A DNA stretch of 57,929 bases, filler included, from Streblomastix strix (lineage: Eukaryota): the NCBI GenBank assembly GCA_008636045.1. It is 3 parts of 3 records of this genome, joined end to end, with 100 filler letters (N's around TTAATTAATTAA, not from the genome) between each part and the next. Parts side by side here need not be neighbours in the genome. Positions count along the whole stretch, not along the records: positions 1 to 19,249 come from SNRW01000529.1; positions 19,350 to 38,597 come from SNRW01000530.1; 1 more part is not named here. The stretch is one strand, 5' to 3'. The notes under the pieces are model-generated. The model did no database searches, was not told the DNA's origin, and saw only the letters and a list, made by a program, of their open reading frames with translations. Every line of letters begins with the position of its first letter. Positions within the stretch are counted from its first letter, which is position 1. This document shows positions 13,730 through 27,378 of this stretch, one piece after another. The position numbers and the translations under genes are program-made.

Positions 13730-15759
13730 AAACAATGAAAAATTGAAACGTGAATAAAGATTAAAAAATTATTAATTGTTTCAATTTTTATCTTTGATTT
13801 AATCATTTTATTATCTCCTTAATTAATCCATGCCACATTTTTAGTTTAATATATATCTTTTTGAGTGTTTATATTAATCAAATCAATTAATATATTTTCT
13901 CAATCTTAAATATAATAAATAAAACAAAATTAAAGCAATAAGGCTCAGTCTGACGAACTAAATTTAACGTAGCTAAAAAAGAGTTCATGAGCCAAAAGTT
14001 GGCCAGCATTATAATAATTTTTTTGAAAAAATATTAATACTCGAAACCAACAAAAATTCTTAAAATCGCTCATATTTCTCGTAAATATACGTAGTTTTTA
14101 ATTTAATTTAATTTTTTATATTATCAATTTATTTTTATATATAGGAAATTTAGCTTGATAATAGTTATTTTTGTCCTTGTTTCTCAGTTGAGAGCAGCTG
14201 ATTTAGTTTATAATTTTGAAGAAAACCTGACGATACTATTTAATGAGGCATTGCCGTATTTGAAAAGCATCACGGTATGATTGCAATTTATTAGTTAATT
14301 TCTGTATGTAATTTTTCTTGTAGTTTATTCTAGATATCGAAAAAGAAACAACAATTAAAGTTTTTAAGAATAATTTTGATTGGTATGCCTTTCTTGGCAT
14401 CTACCTTAATTGAACAAGTCAGGAAAATAGCTATGGTGGTGAATCAATTAATATATTCAATCGCCTTGATGAGATTAGAAACACGAATTATGGAAATACC
14501 TTCGATTTATTCAGCGATATTGTTAAACTTGTGAGCAGCCTGAACTGTGCGCAAAATCAATCGTGTTACTCTGATTTATTCATAAAACATACTGAAACAG
14601 CACTACTCTTTATTGTTGAGATGCTGATAGATACACTGTCCTCAACTCTGTCTATGGGACTAGACTAATTAAAATTCATCTCTCGCTTCCTAGCATCAAA
14701 TCCGACACTTTGCGATATACAATGTCAGGGTCCAACGACAACGGAAATGTCCACCAGAAAACTAAAATCCTATTCGGCAAGCTGAAGTATATAGCGATTA
14801 TGTTTGTCGGCATAGACGATTTCGACAATTTTGCAACTAAGATGCGTAAATGGAAGCGAAACGAAGATGAATCATCAAGTGGGAATGAAAAACCTTCTGA
14901 AAATAGTTGTAGTAGTGAGTACGTTATGCAACATCCTCCAAAAAGGCGAAAAAGGCGAATGAATAACGAAACTTCCGATAAAGAGACATCCGTAGCAACA
15001 CCATCACCTCCACCTAGAAAACTGCATAAAGACAAGGAACATAAGAAAACTGTAAAGAAATCAAAACTCTTGCATCAAAACAAAAGGCCACCAAGCATGA
15101 GCAAGAATTCTTTGTGCGAATCCCAAAGCACAGCAAGTAAAATTGAGTCGTCTGACGATAGTTTGGTATACCGTGAACTATAGAAGATAACTGGAGAGTC
15201 AAAGTAATCTTTCAAACCGCTTAACTTCAAGTTTCTTCCTTCGACAATTGAAAAAGATGTGCATGCAGTCGTGTAGATAAAGTAAATTTCCAAACTGTGG
15301 ATTCACCATAACGTTGGGAAGGCCATGATGATGAGGATGGCGCAGAGTCCGTAATTCTGAGTGCTGTGACAACAAATTCTGTACTTTTAGTTGCTGAAGA
15401 AGCTGCAAAAGACTCGCGTTCGTGGAAGAAATTATTAGAACTAATTATGAGGACATTTAGACTTTCTCACCAGACCTCAGTACATGCTCAAGCTGCCCTT
15501 GAAGCTCTCGTTTTGAATGAACGCGGCAAGTTTCTGAAGGCAGCAACACCTTCTCCAATAGCTATCCGACAATCTGTAATGACGGAGCTGAATAAAAGAA
15601 GCAATTCAGCATAAACCCTTTTTACAGGGAGTGGGGGAGATGCTGGATCCTTCAGTCGCGTAACATAAGGAGAGGAAGGAGCAGAAACGCGACAAACCCC
15701 AGAACAGCTAAATTCAAGAAATTTCAGAAGAAATAGGAGGTCGACTAATGAGATTTCGA

Positions 15760-17690
15760 GCAGCATGGACCACAATCGGGGCAGAGATGCAGGTTTTGAT
15801 GGGAATAATGCCTGTCTGGAAGGACAAAGGAAGCGAACTGAGACTGTAGCATCTATCAAAAATAACATAGCTCCGAGGAAACATTCATCAACGCATGAAA
15901 CTCCTCCAAGAGGAGATTAATCAGAAGTTTATAATTTTTGTAAATCCACATCACATAAAACTCTACTCTCCGACATTCTGCATTCCAATACGTGACGGAT
16001 CCTATAGGATAATCCTAGACGCAAGAAATTTAAACATAGATACCAAACGCATCCATTTCAAAATGATATCATCTAAAGACGTTTAATTCACAATTCAACA
16101 AAACGATTTCTTGACATCTCTAGACATCAGATCCGCATTTAATCACATCATTGTTCACCCTTCTCTTCAACATTATCTAGTATTCTAAGTAGCAAACGCA
16201 TCCTACTTCTATATTTGCATGCCATTTGGGTTAAAGCTTGCTACTATCGTTTTCTCAAAAACCTTTCAAGCGGCGCTGGCAGCTTCAAAAGAGAGTCCCT
16301 CATCTACAATTCAAAAATATGCAGACGACATTCTACTGATAAATAAAGACAAATACGTATTAATCATTGAAACAGTTACCTGAAAACAAAGACTTATAAA
16401 CCTTGGCTGAGTAATCAATAATGCAAAATCAGAAATGATTCCTAAATAAGAGATTCATTACTTAAGATGGATCTGTAATACGAAATTAATGACTGTGAGG
16501 ATGCCACTCAACCGTTAGCAGAAACTATTCTTTAGGCTAAGCTAAACGATACTGCAAACGATTTATCGATAGTTTGTGAGAATAAAGGAAGTGGCCAAGT
16601 TAATAGGTTTGTTACACTTCTTGACATTTCAATTCCAACTAGCATCATTCCATCTTATTAAGCTCAAACGCATCAAGGATCGAGCAGCTCGTCTACGAGG
16701 CAGGGAGTCTACTCTCCAGATGAAACTGATAATTCTCCTAGAGTTATTTTGGTGGTACTCAATGATCCAAGCTAATAATCCCCTCGAATTGCTAATGAAA
16801 TCAATGGTGACTGCAACAATGACAACAGACGCGAGTAAGACAGGTTGGGGCGCTGTACTTAATATGAATCAATAGGAGATCTTGCAATTTGCGTTATAGG
16901 AAAAGACACTGAATTTACGGTCAAGCAATCAGCGAGAAGCGAGGGCTATTCTGTATGCCTTGCGAAGATTCAAGAAGCAACTGATGAAAGCTAACTAGCT
17001 GAATATTCTAACTGACAAGTAAGAGCCATTAATGAATATCTAGAGGAAAGCAGCAGCTTCAATTCTGGTTCAAACAATCCGCAAGATCTTGGATGAAGCA
17101 TAAAAGATGGGAATTGTAGTGAATGCAACTCATATCAAAGTAATCTATAACAGGAAAACTGATGCATTGAGCCGCCTCGAACTTTCAGCAGACTACGAAA
17201 TTAGAATTAAATTCCTGAATATGGTCCCCAAATCATAAGATCTAAAGCAGGAAGCGGACATGTTTGCAACGAAATATAATAAGAAATGCCCGATATACTA
17301 CGTTTCAAGATCGGACGAAGAAACAGCAGGAGAAGGATATCTACAGGCAGATTAGAACAACAAGACAATCTTAATTAATTCACTACTGACATTAATGGGG
17401 AAGATTGTTCGAAAATTGTTCACAGTTAAGAATTGCATAGCGATTGTAATTGTGACGGAATGGGTAAATTAATGGTGGTCCAATCAGTTAAAAGATCTTG
17501 CAACGCAGACAGTAATATTAGGCAATTCGGAGCGAGTGTTCAAGGAAGGAAGATCAATGAAGAGAAGAAGAATGAAGTTGCCCCCAGGATAGGTCCTCGT
17601 GTATGTGACAAGAATTGGAGAAGTGACCTTAACTTCAAAGAATTAGCTCTAGCAAAGCATTTAACTATTAGAGAATAGCAGCAATTGATT
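15760..17690 (+). pseudogene. DIRS pol (RT-RNase H-MT), disrupted
   Basis: Conserved motifs interrupted by TGA stops. Conserved Trp positions decayed to TGA or TAG; NPP-type MT motif reads NSL. Confidence 0.82.
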
Positions 17691-18560
17691 GAAGAAATGG
17701 GTCCAAATCTATGGGGGCTAAGAAGAGCCGTGCTAGATTCTTTGGATATTTATTTGGCATAGAAGCAGATCAAATCCAAGCAATTACTAAAAGATGATGT
17801 GATATTGAAAGTTTGAAGAGCACACGATGGATTATAATAATCAAAGAAGACTGTCGAGAAAATAATTGCAATCAGAAGAGATGTATGCTCAATCTTCTCC
17901 TTACTTACTGGGATAAAAGATTTCACAAGATCACCCTTGATATCTTCGTTGATGAAGCCTTTAATAGGTAAAAAAGTTAAGAAATTTAGATATTCAGGGG
18001 CATATAACATCAATTTGTTGCTTAATTACGAAAGAAAGAAATTCAACAATTAAGCATAGCTATATGTAATGTAGCATGCTATGGTTCTACTTGTTGCATA
18101 TTCAACAATGAAAGATACTTAGCTTCATTCAATGAAAAGATCAGAAATTAAGTTTGATGATGCGGGAACGAATATCGTGATACTTAAGAAGAAAGCAAAG
18201 AAAAGAGGTTAATAACTCTGTTACAGGTGAAAGAATGAAGAATGCATGTGCTCCGTGAAAGCATTATCAAATTTACTATATACAGTAAAAGTAAAGTTTC
18301 CTACTTTCTAGGAAATATGGTACAACAAGCGGAATATTGAGGCTTTTGAATAATGAGTTTACGATTAATTGAGTTCAAGAATTCGCTAAGAAGTTATAAA
18401 ATCATATAAGCCCAATTCAATTAGTCATTCAGTTATTACGAAGCTTAGAAAAGCAAAACTATCTGTCGAACAAGTTAACTAACTCACTGATAACGCACCC
18501 GGGTCTGTCATAATAGAATAATATTATAGTAAACATGAACACCATTTAGGAATTGACAAC
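17600..18560 (+). pseudogene. DIRS tyrosine recombinase, degenerate
   Basis: AMVLLVAYSTMKDTQL (catalytic R appears as K), CSVKAL, NSISHSVITKLRK (HSxR lost), terminal EQYY; in-frame TGA present. Confidence 0.7.
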
Positions 18561-19249
18561 ATCAATTAGAAAAGCATGCCAGCCGCTTTGTCTGATTAAA
18601 CATTACTTCTTTGAAGTACTCAATAATAAAGAGTGGTGTTGCTTCAATATGTTTTGTGATAAAATCAGAATAGCACGATTGATTTTGATCAAAATAAAAC
18701 TATGTAACAACCCAATCTTTAAAGGCTCTCCTGGGCAATCGAGCAGGCATGCACTTTAAATATATAAATATATAATATTAAATGTCGACTTATTACTCTT
18801 CCCACCCATTTCTATTTCTTTCTTTCATTCATTCTTTCTTTATACATTTGTTTAATAAATATCAGTGATATTCCATTGAATTGGCTCTGAATCCTCCAAT
18901 ATTTGTTTTATTCCAATGAATTATATCTTGCAAATAAAGCAAGCTCAGTTGATCTAGCTGTAGCACTGAAGTTGATTAAGTAGTTTAAGAAGGTGAAATT
19001 GAGCCATCAGTGCTAAACCAGTAGAGTATATTACCGGTTTGAGTCTTTTGAACTCGTAGAGGCAGCTTCCAAAGGGCCGTGAAGTCGATGAGTGTCGAGA
19101 GGATGCCCAGGGAGGAGTTGACCATACGGTGATCGCCTGGACCCTGCAAACAACAGCCGGTGGTGCGGCAGTGCAAGGGAGATCACTATGTGACAAACAA
19201 TTGAATCCGCCACTCGAATTATTCTCGAGGGACCAAATGCCTTCTCCAC

Positions 19250-19349
19250 NNNNNNNNNNNNNNNNNNNNNNNNNNNNNNNNNNNNNNNNNNNNTTAATTA
19301 ATTAANNNNNNNNNNNNNNNNNNNNNNNNNNNNNNNNNNNNNNNNNNNN
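19250..19349. other. Artificial contig linker (N-run, TTAATTAATTAA, N-run)
   Basis: 100-nt spacer with a six-frame stop 12-mer; identical design at 38598-38697. Confidence 0.95.

Positions 19350-19435
<86 letters not shown>
19350..19435. repeat. (TTA)n microsatellite, probably intronic
   Basis: Perfect TTA run at the contig start. Confidence 0.95.
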
Positions 19436-19438
<3 letters not shown>

Positions 19439-21943
19439 ATTATTATTAATATTAATATAATAAATAAATATAATATAATATAAAAATTAATATAATCAAC
19501 ATAAATATTTATTATTATTAATATAATAAAGTGAAGGTAACAATAATTATTATTTATTTCTATACCTATACAAGATATTATTCCAATAACTTTGTCAAGT
19601 ACTATTATCTGATAGAATGAGCGAAGCATGAGATATATTGTTTACTATAATAGTAAATTAAAAATATTTATTAAAATAAATATTAGGATTTATATAATTA
19701 AAGAACAATAATAATACAATTTTTTATGTTAAATTTATATTTCAATTCATTTAAATACTAATTTAAACCTTTGTCGATTGCCAGAAGTTAAGACCTTTAA
19801 TCTGTATTATGATATATGCATTTGCAGTAACAAATGAAACAAGTTTCTCAATGCATCTGCAATTAATTCAATTAAAAAATATTTAAATTTAACAATAAAT
19901 AAATTATAAGAAGTACAATTTACATTAAAATAATATAAATATTTAAATTAATGAAATTAATCATTCATTATTCAATTTTATTATTAATTAATTTCTCACA
20001 CTTCATAATGCACAATAAGCAGCATGAAACACATAGAAACCAGCAACATGCTTTTTTTGCTCTCTTAATTGCCCATTCTTCAATTATTCTGATATTAACA
20101 TGTATATTTAATATATAAATATATAAATTATAATAGTTAATTCAAATTAAAAATTATTATTTAATATAAAACATATAATATATAAATTATTAATTAAAAG
20201 CTAAAATAAATATAAAAATGATTGTTTATGCAAAATTCATACATTAAGTATTTGCAAATTGTAATTATTAATGATCCAGCTGCAATTGAACCAAGATGAT
20301 GTAAGAATGTTCTAGTTTAAAAAGTAATTGTATTATTTTTTATAAATAAACGATATAAAATATCTAATTAAGTAATATACATTTCTATTTATTCAAACTT
20401 ATAATACACATAATAAAAATATATTAATATATTTTATTGATCATTACTTTATTCAATACCTTTTAATAGCACTAAAAATTGGATACTTTGGAATTTTGTC
20501 TCCATCTTCTTTATGAGTAAAATACCATGAAGCTGATGCCCCTAATTGAATAAATATTGTTTATTATGAGAATGAATGTAAATATATTGATTTACAATAA
20601 TTAGTTAGAATAATAACGAAATAAATATAAATACGTATTTAGATACATTATAATAAATAAATCTATGAATTTATATTTGCACACCTGCAATTACATTCTA
20701 ATTGCATCCATTAGCAAAGAGAACAATCCAAGTATAAATAAGAGCAGCAATAATTATAAGGAAATAACTGGATGTATCTTTAATGATGTTATATATTAAT
20801 AAATAAATAAATTAATTAATTAAAATGAATTGATTTATATTTATTATGTATTTATTTATCAAGAAAATAATCTACAAACTTGGAACTTTTACTATGGCAA
20901 CAACAAGACGTTCGTCCTTTGTCATACCCAAACTGTATATTACAAGTAGCATAAAAAATCCGAAGAATATAATCTATGTTATAAATATAAATAATGAATA
21001 CAATATAATAAAATCACGGTGTAAATATTTATATATATTGAATTATTAATTATTTCAAGAAATTAAGAAAAACAAAGAATAAATCTATATTTTATCTCAT
21101 ACTTCAACTATGGTAAGTACAAATGTGCAAATAGGCAAAAAAGGCATATCTTTGAGAGCATTACAAGCTTCTTTCATTAATTGAATACCAAGCCTTATCT
21201 GAAATCTCGATGCATAAATAACCCAAGTTACTATTAATGCTATTATTAAGAAGAATGCTCCAATAACAATGCATGCAATTCCCTCTGTATTGTGATCTTA
21301 AGCAATACGAACAATGCCCACAATAATAAGAATCAGTACCACTGCATATATCAGCAATATTCCTCCAATAATCGAAATCCAGACAAGCTATTTGACGAAG
21401 CACATCAGGAACAGGATGTATATGATTCCTATAACCAGAGAAATAAGAGCGATAACAAAGACCATCCAAATGTGAGCTATCAGATCATCGCATAATCTGG
21501 TGTAGTAGTCTGCAACTGCTTCAGTGATGGGGTTGTCAAAATTTGGGTGGTTGAGAGAAGTTTGGATTCCTGCTTGTGTATCTATTTGTGTGATGCTTAT
21601 AGGATCGCCAGTTTCTATAATTTCAGTAATGCTATATATTATATATATAATAAGAAAATAAAAATATATATAATGAGAAAATAAATAATAAAAATAAAAA
21701 TAATTTCATTTATATATACTTTAAAAAAGTAATTTCCATGATTTGCTTTGGTTTACCTAATGAGCAGACAACTATGAGCATTATCAGACCAATGAAAACG
21801 GTAATTAAAAATGTTATTAGGCAGCATTTGTCTTTAACTCCTTTATGAGCATCAAAATCCAACTTCTAGAAGCCATTTTTGAATTTTATATCATTCATCG
21901 CTAATCCAGTATCAGAGCCAAGCACATGTTTTGCAAAGAACAT
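19350..21943 (-). CDS. Choline transporter-like (CTL/SLC44/Pns1) membrane protein, multi-exon, 3'-partial
   Basis: ATG at 21943. VKDKCCLITFL, multiple TM helices, IRLGIQLMKEACNAL, GASASWYF, HHLGSIAAGSLII and AYIICAIYGLNFWQS match the CTL family pattern. Confidence 0.85.
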
Positions 21944-22881
21944 TTAAAATTACTATTTAAACATAAAATATTAATCAGTCTATTTATAGAAATATAAAAA
22001 TATTTACGTAATTCAAATAAGTTGGATCAGAAAAGCTGTTTTATTTTTAATAAAAATTATTTTTTACTTTTCAGCATCTTTCCATGTTTATAATTATTAA
22101 ATAATAATATAAAATAATTTATATAAAATCAATTAATGGCATTATTTATTTTATATTCATAATGTAAAGTAATAACAAGAAAAATATGAGATTTATTAAA
22201 AAAACATGGAAAATAAATCTATCGTATTAATAAAGCTGTTGAAAAACAAAAGATTAAATTTTATAAATTAGGGAAAAAATAAAAATAATTAAAGTTTTAT
22301 AATTATAACAAATTCCAACTATTTTTCTATAAATTTATAAGCGCCGTTTGTATCATTCGTGACAATAACGAATTGTTTGTTCCTGAAACATCTATTTAAT
22401 TCATTTTATATTGAACCTCTAGATATTTGTTTTGCCCACTCTAAGTTTTTAGATTTTTTTTAAAAGATGTGCTAGGTGATCATATACTGGTGCATATGTT
22501 TAGTAATACATATTTGTCCTTTAAAATATTATTTTTAATCTATTTCACCAAAAATTATAAAATTTAACTCTATATTAAGCACATTTTTACGATTTTTTTT
22601 TTATTTTTTCTAAATTAATTTACTATTATTTAATCGACAAATTCTTTTTATTTTATATTGCTAAATTTATTTAATATATTTGATTTATCTTCAAATTTTC
22701 TCCATCTTGCCTCATTTTGTAAAAGCTTATAGAAATTGCCAAAAACCAATGAAAAGTTAAAAAACCTACAAAAATTATCGTTTTCCATCCGCATATTCAT
22801 CATTTATACTTTTATTTTTTATTTTTTTATTTTTTTTATAATTATATTATTAATTTATATTTTTCCAGTCAACTCTTAAAC

Positions 22882-25800
22882 ATGGGAAATAATTCGAGTT
22901 AACAAGATGATTAGACTGAAGTTAATTTGCATCAACAAACAGAAATTAAAGAAGAATAAAAGTATTTACGTGAATAATAATTGATCTTTCTCCATCAAAT
23001 GACGATTAAATTCAACAGGGTTTCACTTAAAATATTAATATTCACCGAATTTATGAAAAACAAAGCATAAAAATATAATGAAATAGAATAGTAAGAAAGT
23101 ATGTAAAACTAATTAATTAATATTTCAATTATTTGAAGAATAATAACATTTTATTTATTAAATTTTAAAATAATATAAATTATTCAATTATTATTTATAA
23201 TTTAGTACAAGAATCTGCAGTTCAATTAAGATAACAGAGTTTTTAGATTATGAATAATTGCAATAATTTATTGATTGGAATGGAGGATATTATTCACTAT
23301 TTGGAAAGTTTGATTATTTCATTCTAATTAAATTATATTGATGAATAAAAACGTTTATATTTATTAGAGATTTGCACTCATTCTGAAATTGTAGAGATTT
23401 GTACAGATTCAAGAGTAGAATTACTTAATTTATTGGAAGAATAGTATCAATTAATTATTATTGTATTTTATGCCTTTTTTATTCATATTATTATTTTAAG
23501 ACCAAAATGGGGAATTGATTCCGATATTGAGGATATTGATGAATAGGATTTAAAAGAGGAAGTTGATAAAATTGTGTGTTTAATAATATTTATTGTTGAA
23601 TTTATTTAGGATTTTTGATTTATTATTTTTTCTTCTATTTTTATTACATTATTAGAATAAAATTCTTTTTGATTTCTATGAGTAAATAAGATAATTCAAT
23701 TTAGATGATCTTACTTTTGATAAGATTTCAGAAAATGAAGCAACAATGATAAATAATTTATAACTTCTTACAAAATTATAAGAAATCAAAACCCAAATTT
23801 CCTAATCTTGCACTTTGCTCAAATAAATAAAAGATAATGTACGGTAAATTATTAAAAGATAAATATTATTTAAAATTGGAATTTAGAATTAATATTAAAA
23901 TTTATAAATAATTTATTTATTTATTTATTTGGATTCATGATAAAAGTAAAAAATAGATGAATCTGAAACTAATTCCATATAAAATTCAGAAAATGAATCG
24001 CATGAATCATTTCTTTCTATTCCTAATTCTCCAATTCCGATTTAGAATCAATAATAAACAGTTAGACATCATCCATAAACAGTTAGACATCATTCATAAA
24101 CAAATAATACAAGGCTTCCACGAATTCGAAATCAAAATTAAAATGTTCAATCTCGGCCAAAACAAACTCAGAATTAACCTTAAATTAGATCCAGACCAAA
24201 GTAAATTCATAATCAGAATTAATAAACTCATCATCAAGCATCAATTAATAATATATATCATACACCTTATGAACCAAGACATCCAATAGTTAATAATTAG
24301 CATTAGAATATTCACGCTCGACTTCCACCAATAAATAATCATAATTAATCAGTTTAATCTCATAACACAATAATCAATAATAATAATTAATCAAATCATT
24401 CTCAAATTATACCAGTTCGTAATTAGCACTCAAATATCCATAATTAGACTCAATAAACAAACAATCATCATTAAACTTTTCAAAGCAGACTTCCTCCAAT
24501 TCGAAATTAATCTTCAAGTGTTCAACATCAACATTCAATCAGATCAAATCATAATTCTACAATTAGACCTCGACCTTTGCCAGTTCGTAATTAGAATACA
24601 ACAATTAATCACAATTCTTCTCATATTAACAATCAGCATTAATCAAATCGAATTCATCTTCCACCAATTAATGAATAAATATAGAGAATTCCAACTCCAT
24701 TTCCACCAATTGATAATCACAATTAATTTGATGTTCCTCTTCTTCCTCCATTTAATAGTTATTTCTCTTAATAATAACCTCATTATTCATTTATCCCAAT
24801 TCATTATCAATAATCAACTGAATAATAACAATTACCACATCTTCAGACTCATACATAAACAAATGAATAATAAACATCAGATATTAATGAGTAGAATTAA
24901 AATAATACACTTCCTCCATTTACTGATCAAAATTCATTATTTCAACCTGAACTTTCAATATTTAGATTTCATTTCTCAATGCTTCATAATCAAATTCCTA
25001 TTATTCATATTTAACCAATTAATATTCATAGTTAATAAAATCAATCTGAATATAATAATTAATAGAATCAACATGAAAATAATAATGATTAATAAAATCA
25101 TATGGAAAATATCCAAGATTAATAGAATTAAGCTGATAATAATGATGATTAATAAAATTAATCTCCTAATATTCATAATTAATATATTTAAGCTGATAAT
25201 AATGATGATTAATAAAGTTAATCTCCTAATATTCATGACTAATAAAATCAACATGAATCTTTTAATAATTAATAGAATACACCTCCTAATATTCATGACT
25301 AACAAATTCAAGAGTAAGATTCACTAATTAATGAATAAACTTCAATTGAAACTAATTAGAGAAATGAAAATAGCTTCTTAAATGTCTAACTAACAATCGT
25401 TTGCATTTATTATTTAATCGATAAATTATTGATTTTTAATTGTCTATTTAATGATTAAAATTTTCTTATAGGATGAAATAGAATAGTTATTGGATTAGCA
25501 AATGGAAAAGCTGATATTCATACATGTACCTAATATATATTATTTATATTAATTAAATTAAATTTAGGTGAATTAATCCAAAAATTATTTTTTAACTATT
25601 ATTTTAATATTCTAATTCAGGATCATATATTTCGGGATTTCATGTAACTTCTTTTTGGTCATCTTATCTAGAATTGGCATAGAGAAGAAAATAATGTATA
25701 TAAATAATAATAATAAATATTGATAAATAAATATTTAATAAAGAATTGGAAAATATTAAATGTTTTATAAGGTTTTTAATTATTCTTTTATTTTTATTTA

Positions 25801-26055
25801 TTATAGAATGAATTAATGAATTAACTAGATTAATTAAATGTTGATTAATCCACTCATGATCATTAAATGGAATCAAACCAAGAATAACCTTAAGGTTAAT
25901 AAGCTTTGAGGTATTACCAATACTAATTAAATTTGATAATATTTTTTCATTTATATCCATTTATTTTCATTAGAGAAAATACTTCCCAATAAGAAATAGA
26001 AGCAGATGATAATGATGAAGAATTAGACAGACTTTTGAGGGAAGCAGGATTATGA
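22882..26055 (+). CDS. Multi-exon hypothetical protein with N-myristoylation-like start (MGNNSS) and Q/N/P-rich repeat region
   Basis: ATG at 22882, several GT-AG introns, QSPNIHDQQNQ-like repeats at 25000-25310, ends DRLLREAGL-TGA. Confidence 0.6.
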
Positions 26056-26420
26056 AATTTATGAATAAGCCAGAAATAGGATAAATCAAGAAAGGATAAA
26101 TCAAGAAATATATGGAACATGACCAAGTATTCAAAGATTATTATTTATCTATCAATAGCATACATGTTAAATTCTTTTGTAGTGAGTTATTTATTTTAAT
26201 TAATAATAAATAAACCAAAATTATATTTAATGTATTGTGATGGAAATCTCTGAAAGGAGAAAACTGAACAATATATAATTTTTCATAGAATAACTTTGAA
26301 TTGAGCATAAATTTAATATTAATGAAATTACAAAGCATTGGTAAGTGCGCATAGAAATCAAATGTAACCAAAAAGAATATAATTTCAGTGTAAAACAGGT
26401 GATGGGTGGTATAAGGAAAG

Positions 26421-27151
26421 ATGGAAGAGGAAGAACCAGAACGGAATAAGGACCTACAAATAATTGGTGGTGGATTATCGGTTGCTGGTGTGCAATATTG
26501 ATGAAATTTTGAATAAAAACTATGTTTTATTTACTGTGGCGATGGTGCAGGCGTGCTTTTTGCAATCGTCAGCATTTTGCTCTTTTTTGATCCGGGGTTC
26601 CTTGCTATTGGAGATGTATGATATTAATTTTACAAAAAGCTAATTTATATTAATATTTCATTTAAATTAAACAACTTTTATTTTCTATGTATCACGCTTT
26701 TTGATGTTGAATATATTTTGATATTTTCTTGGCATCTGAATGCACTGTAGATCTTGTTTATACTAGGACTAATTTTACTATTGGGCCCAATGAAAGCTTT
26801 CAACTTATTTATAGGAAAGGCACCAAACAAGATCATCGGGACGGTTTCATTTCTTGTTGGAATTGTACTCGTTTTCTTTAAGTGGGCGTTTGTCGGAGTG
26901 ATTTTCCAACTGGGCGGAGGATATGCGCTATTTTCAAAGTTCATGCCTAAGGTACTGAAGTTTGTGACCGACACTATCCCAGGTGCCAGTTTGCTTCTAC
27001 AAATTCCCTGGCTTTCGAGGGTGTGTTATTTTCTTAAAGAAGAATAATTTAATTGGAATAAAGGATTTAAATTGATATATATAATATTTTTCATCATTTA
27101 TTTCAATATTTTATGTAGATTGCCACTTCAGAAGATGGACCAATACTTTGA
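26421..27151 (+). CDS. GOT1: Got1/Sft2-family vesicle transport protein, 3 introns
   Basis: Spliced translation IIGGGLSVAGVLFAIVSILLFFDPGFLAIGDILFILGLILLLG...; TGA at 27149-27151. Confidence 0.85.
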
Positions 27152-27378
27152 ATTGTGAAATGAAGAGAAGAACTCACTCATATCAAATTCATTTCACGAT
27201 TTCCACGGAACTTATGCATCAATACATAATTATATCTATAATGAAACAGTACAATCAGTTTTGAATATATTGAAATCAGTATTAATATGTGTGTGAATGA
27301 ATGGTTTATTAAAAGACTAATATAAAATAAATAATTATACAATAATTAACATTCGCATATTAACCTATTAGAAACATA

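Larger units (their letters stand above)
14140..18600 (+). mobile_element. Degenerate DIRS-type (tyrosine recombinase) retrotransposon: gag-like, RT, RNase H, methyltransferase-like, YR
   Basis: RT motifs YRIILDARNLN, SLDIRSAF, MPFG and YADD (16318-16329). RNase H TTDASKTGWGA...TDALSR. MT-like DMFATKYNKK (17257). YR-like region 17600-18560. Frameshifts and in-frame TGA at 16381 and 16408. Element ends not defined. Confidence 0.88.

Noticed and set aside
10000..19249. Ligase plus tyrosine recombinase as one endogenous virus or Polinton
   Set aside because: No capsid, PolB, packaging ATPase or bounding TIRs seen. The YR belongs to the DIRS element and the ligase has host-type introns.
24518..25327. 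269-aa I/N-rich ORF and similar ORF-track calls (44659-45621, 12521-12751, 35292-35687)
   Set aside because: Off-frame or antisense shadows of TAR=Gln genes or of repeats.
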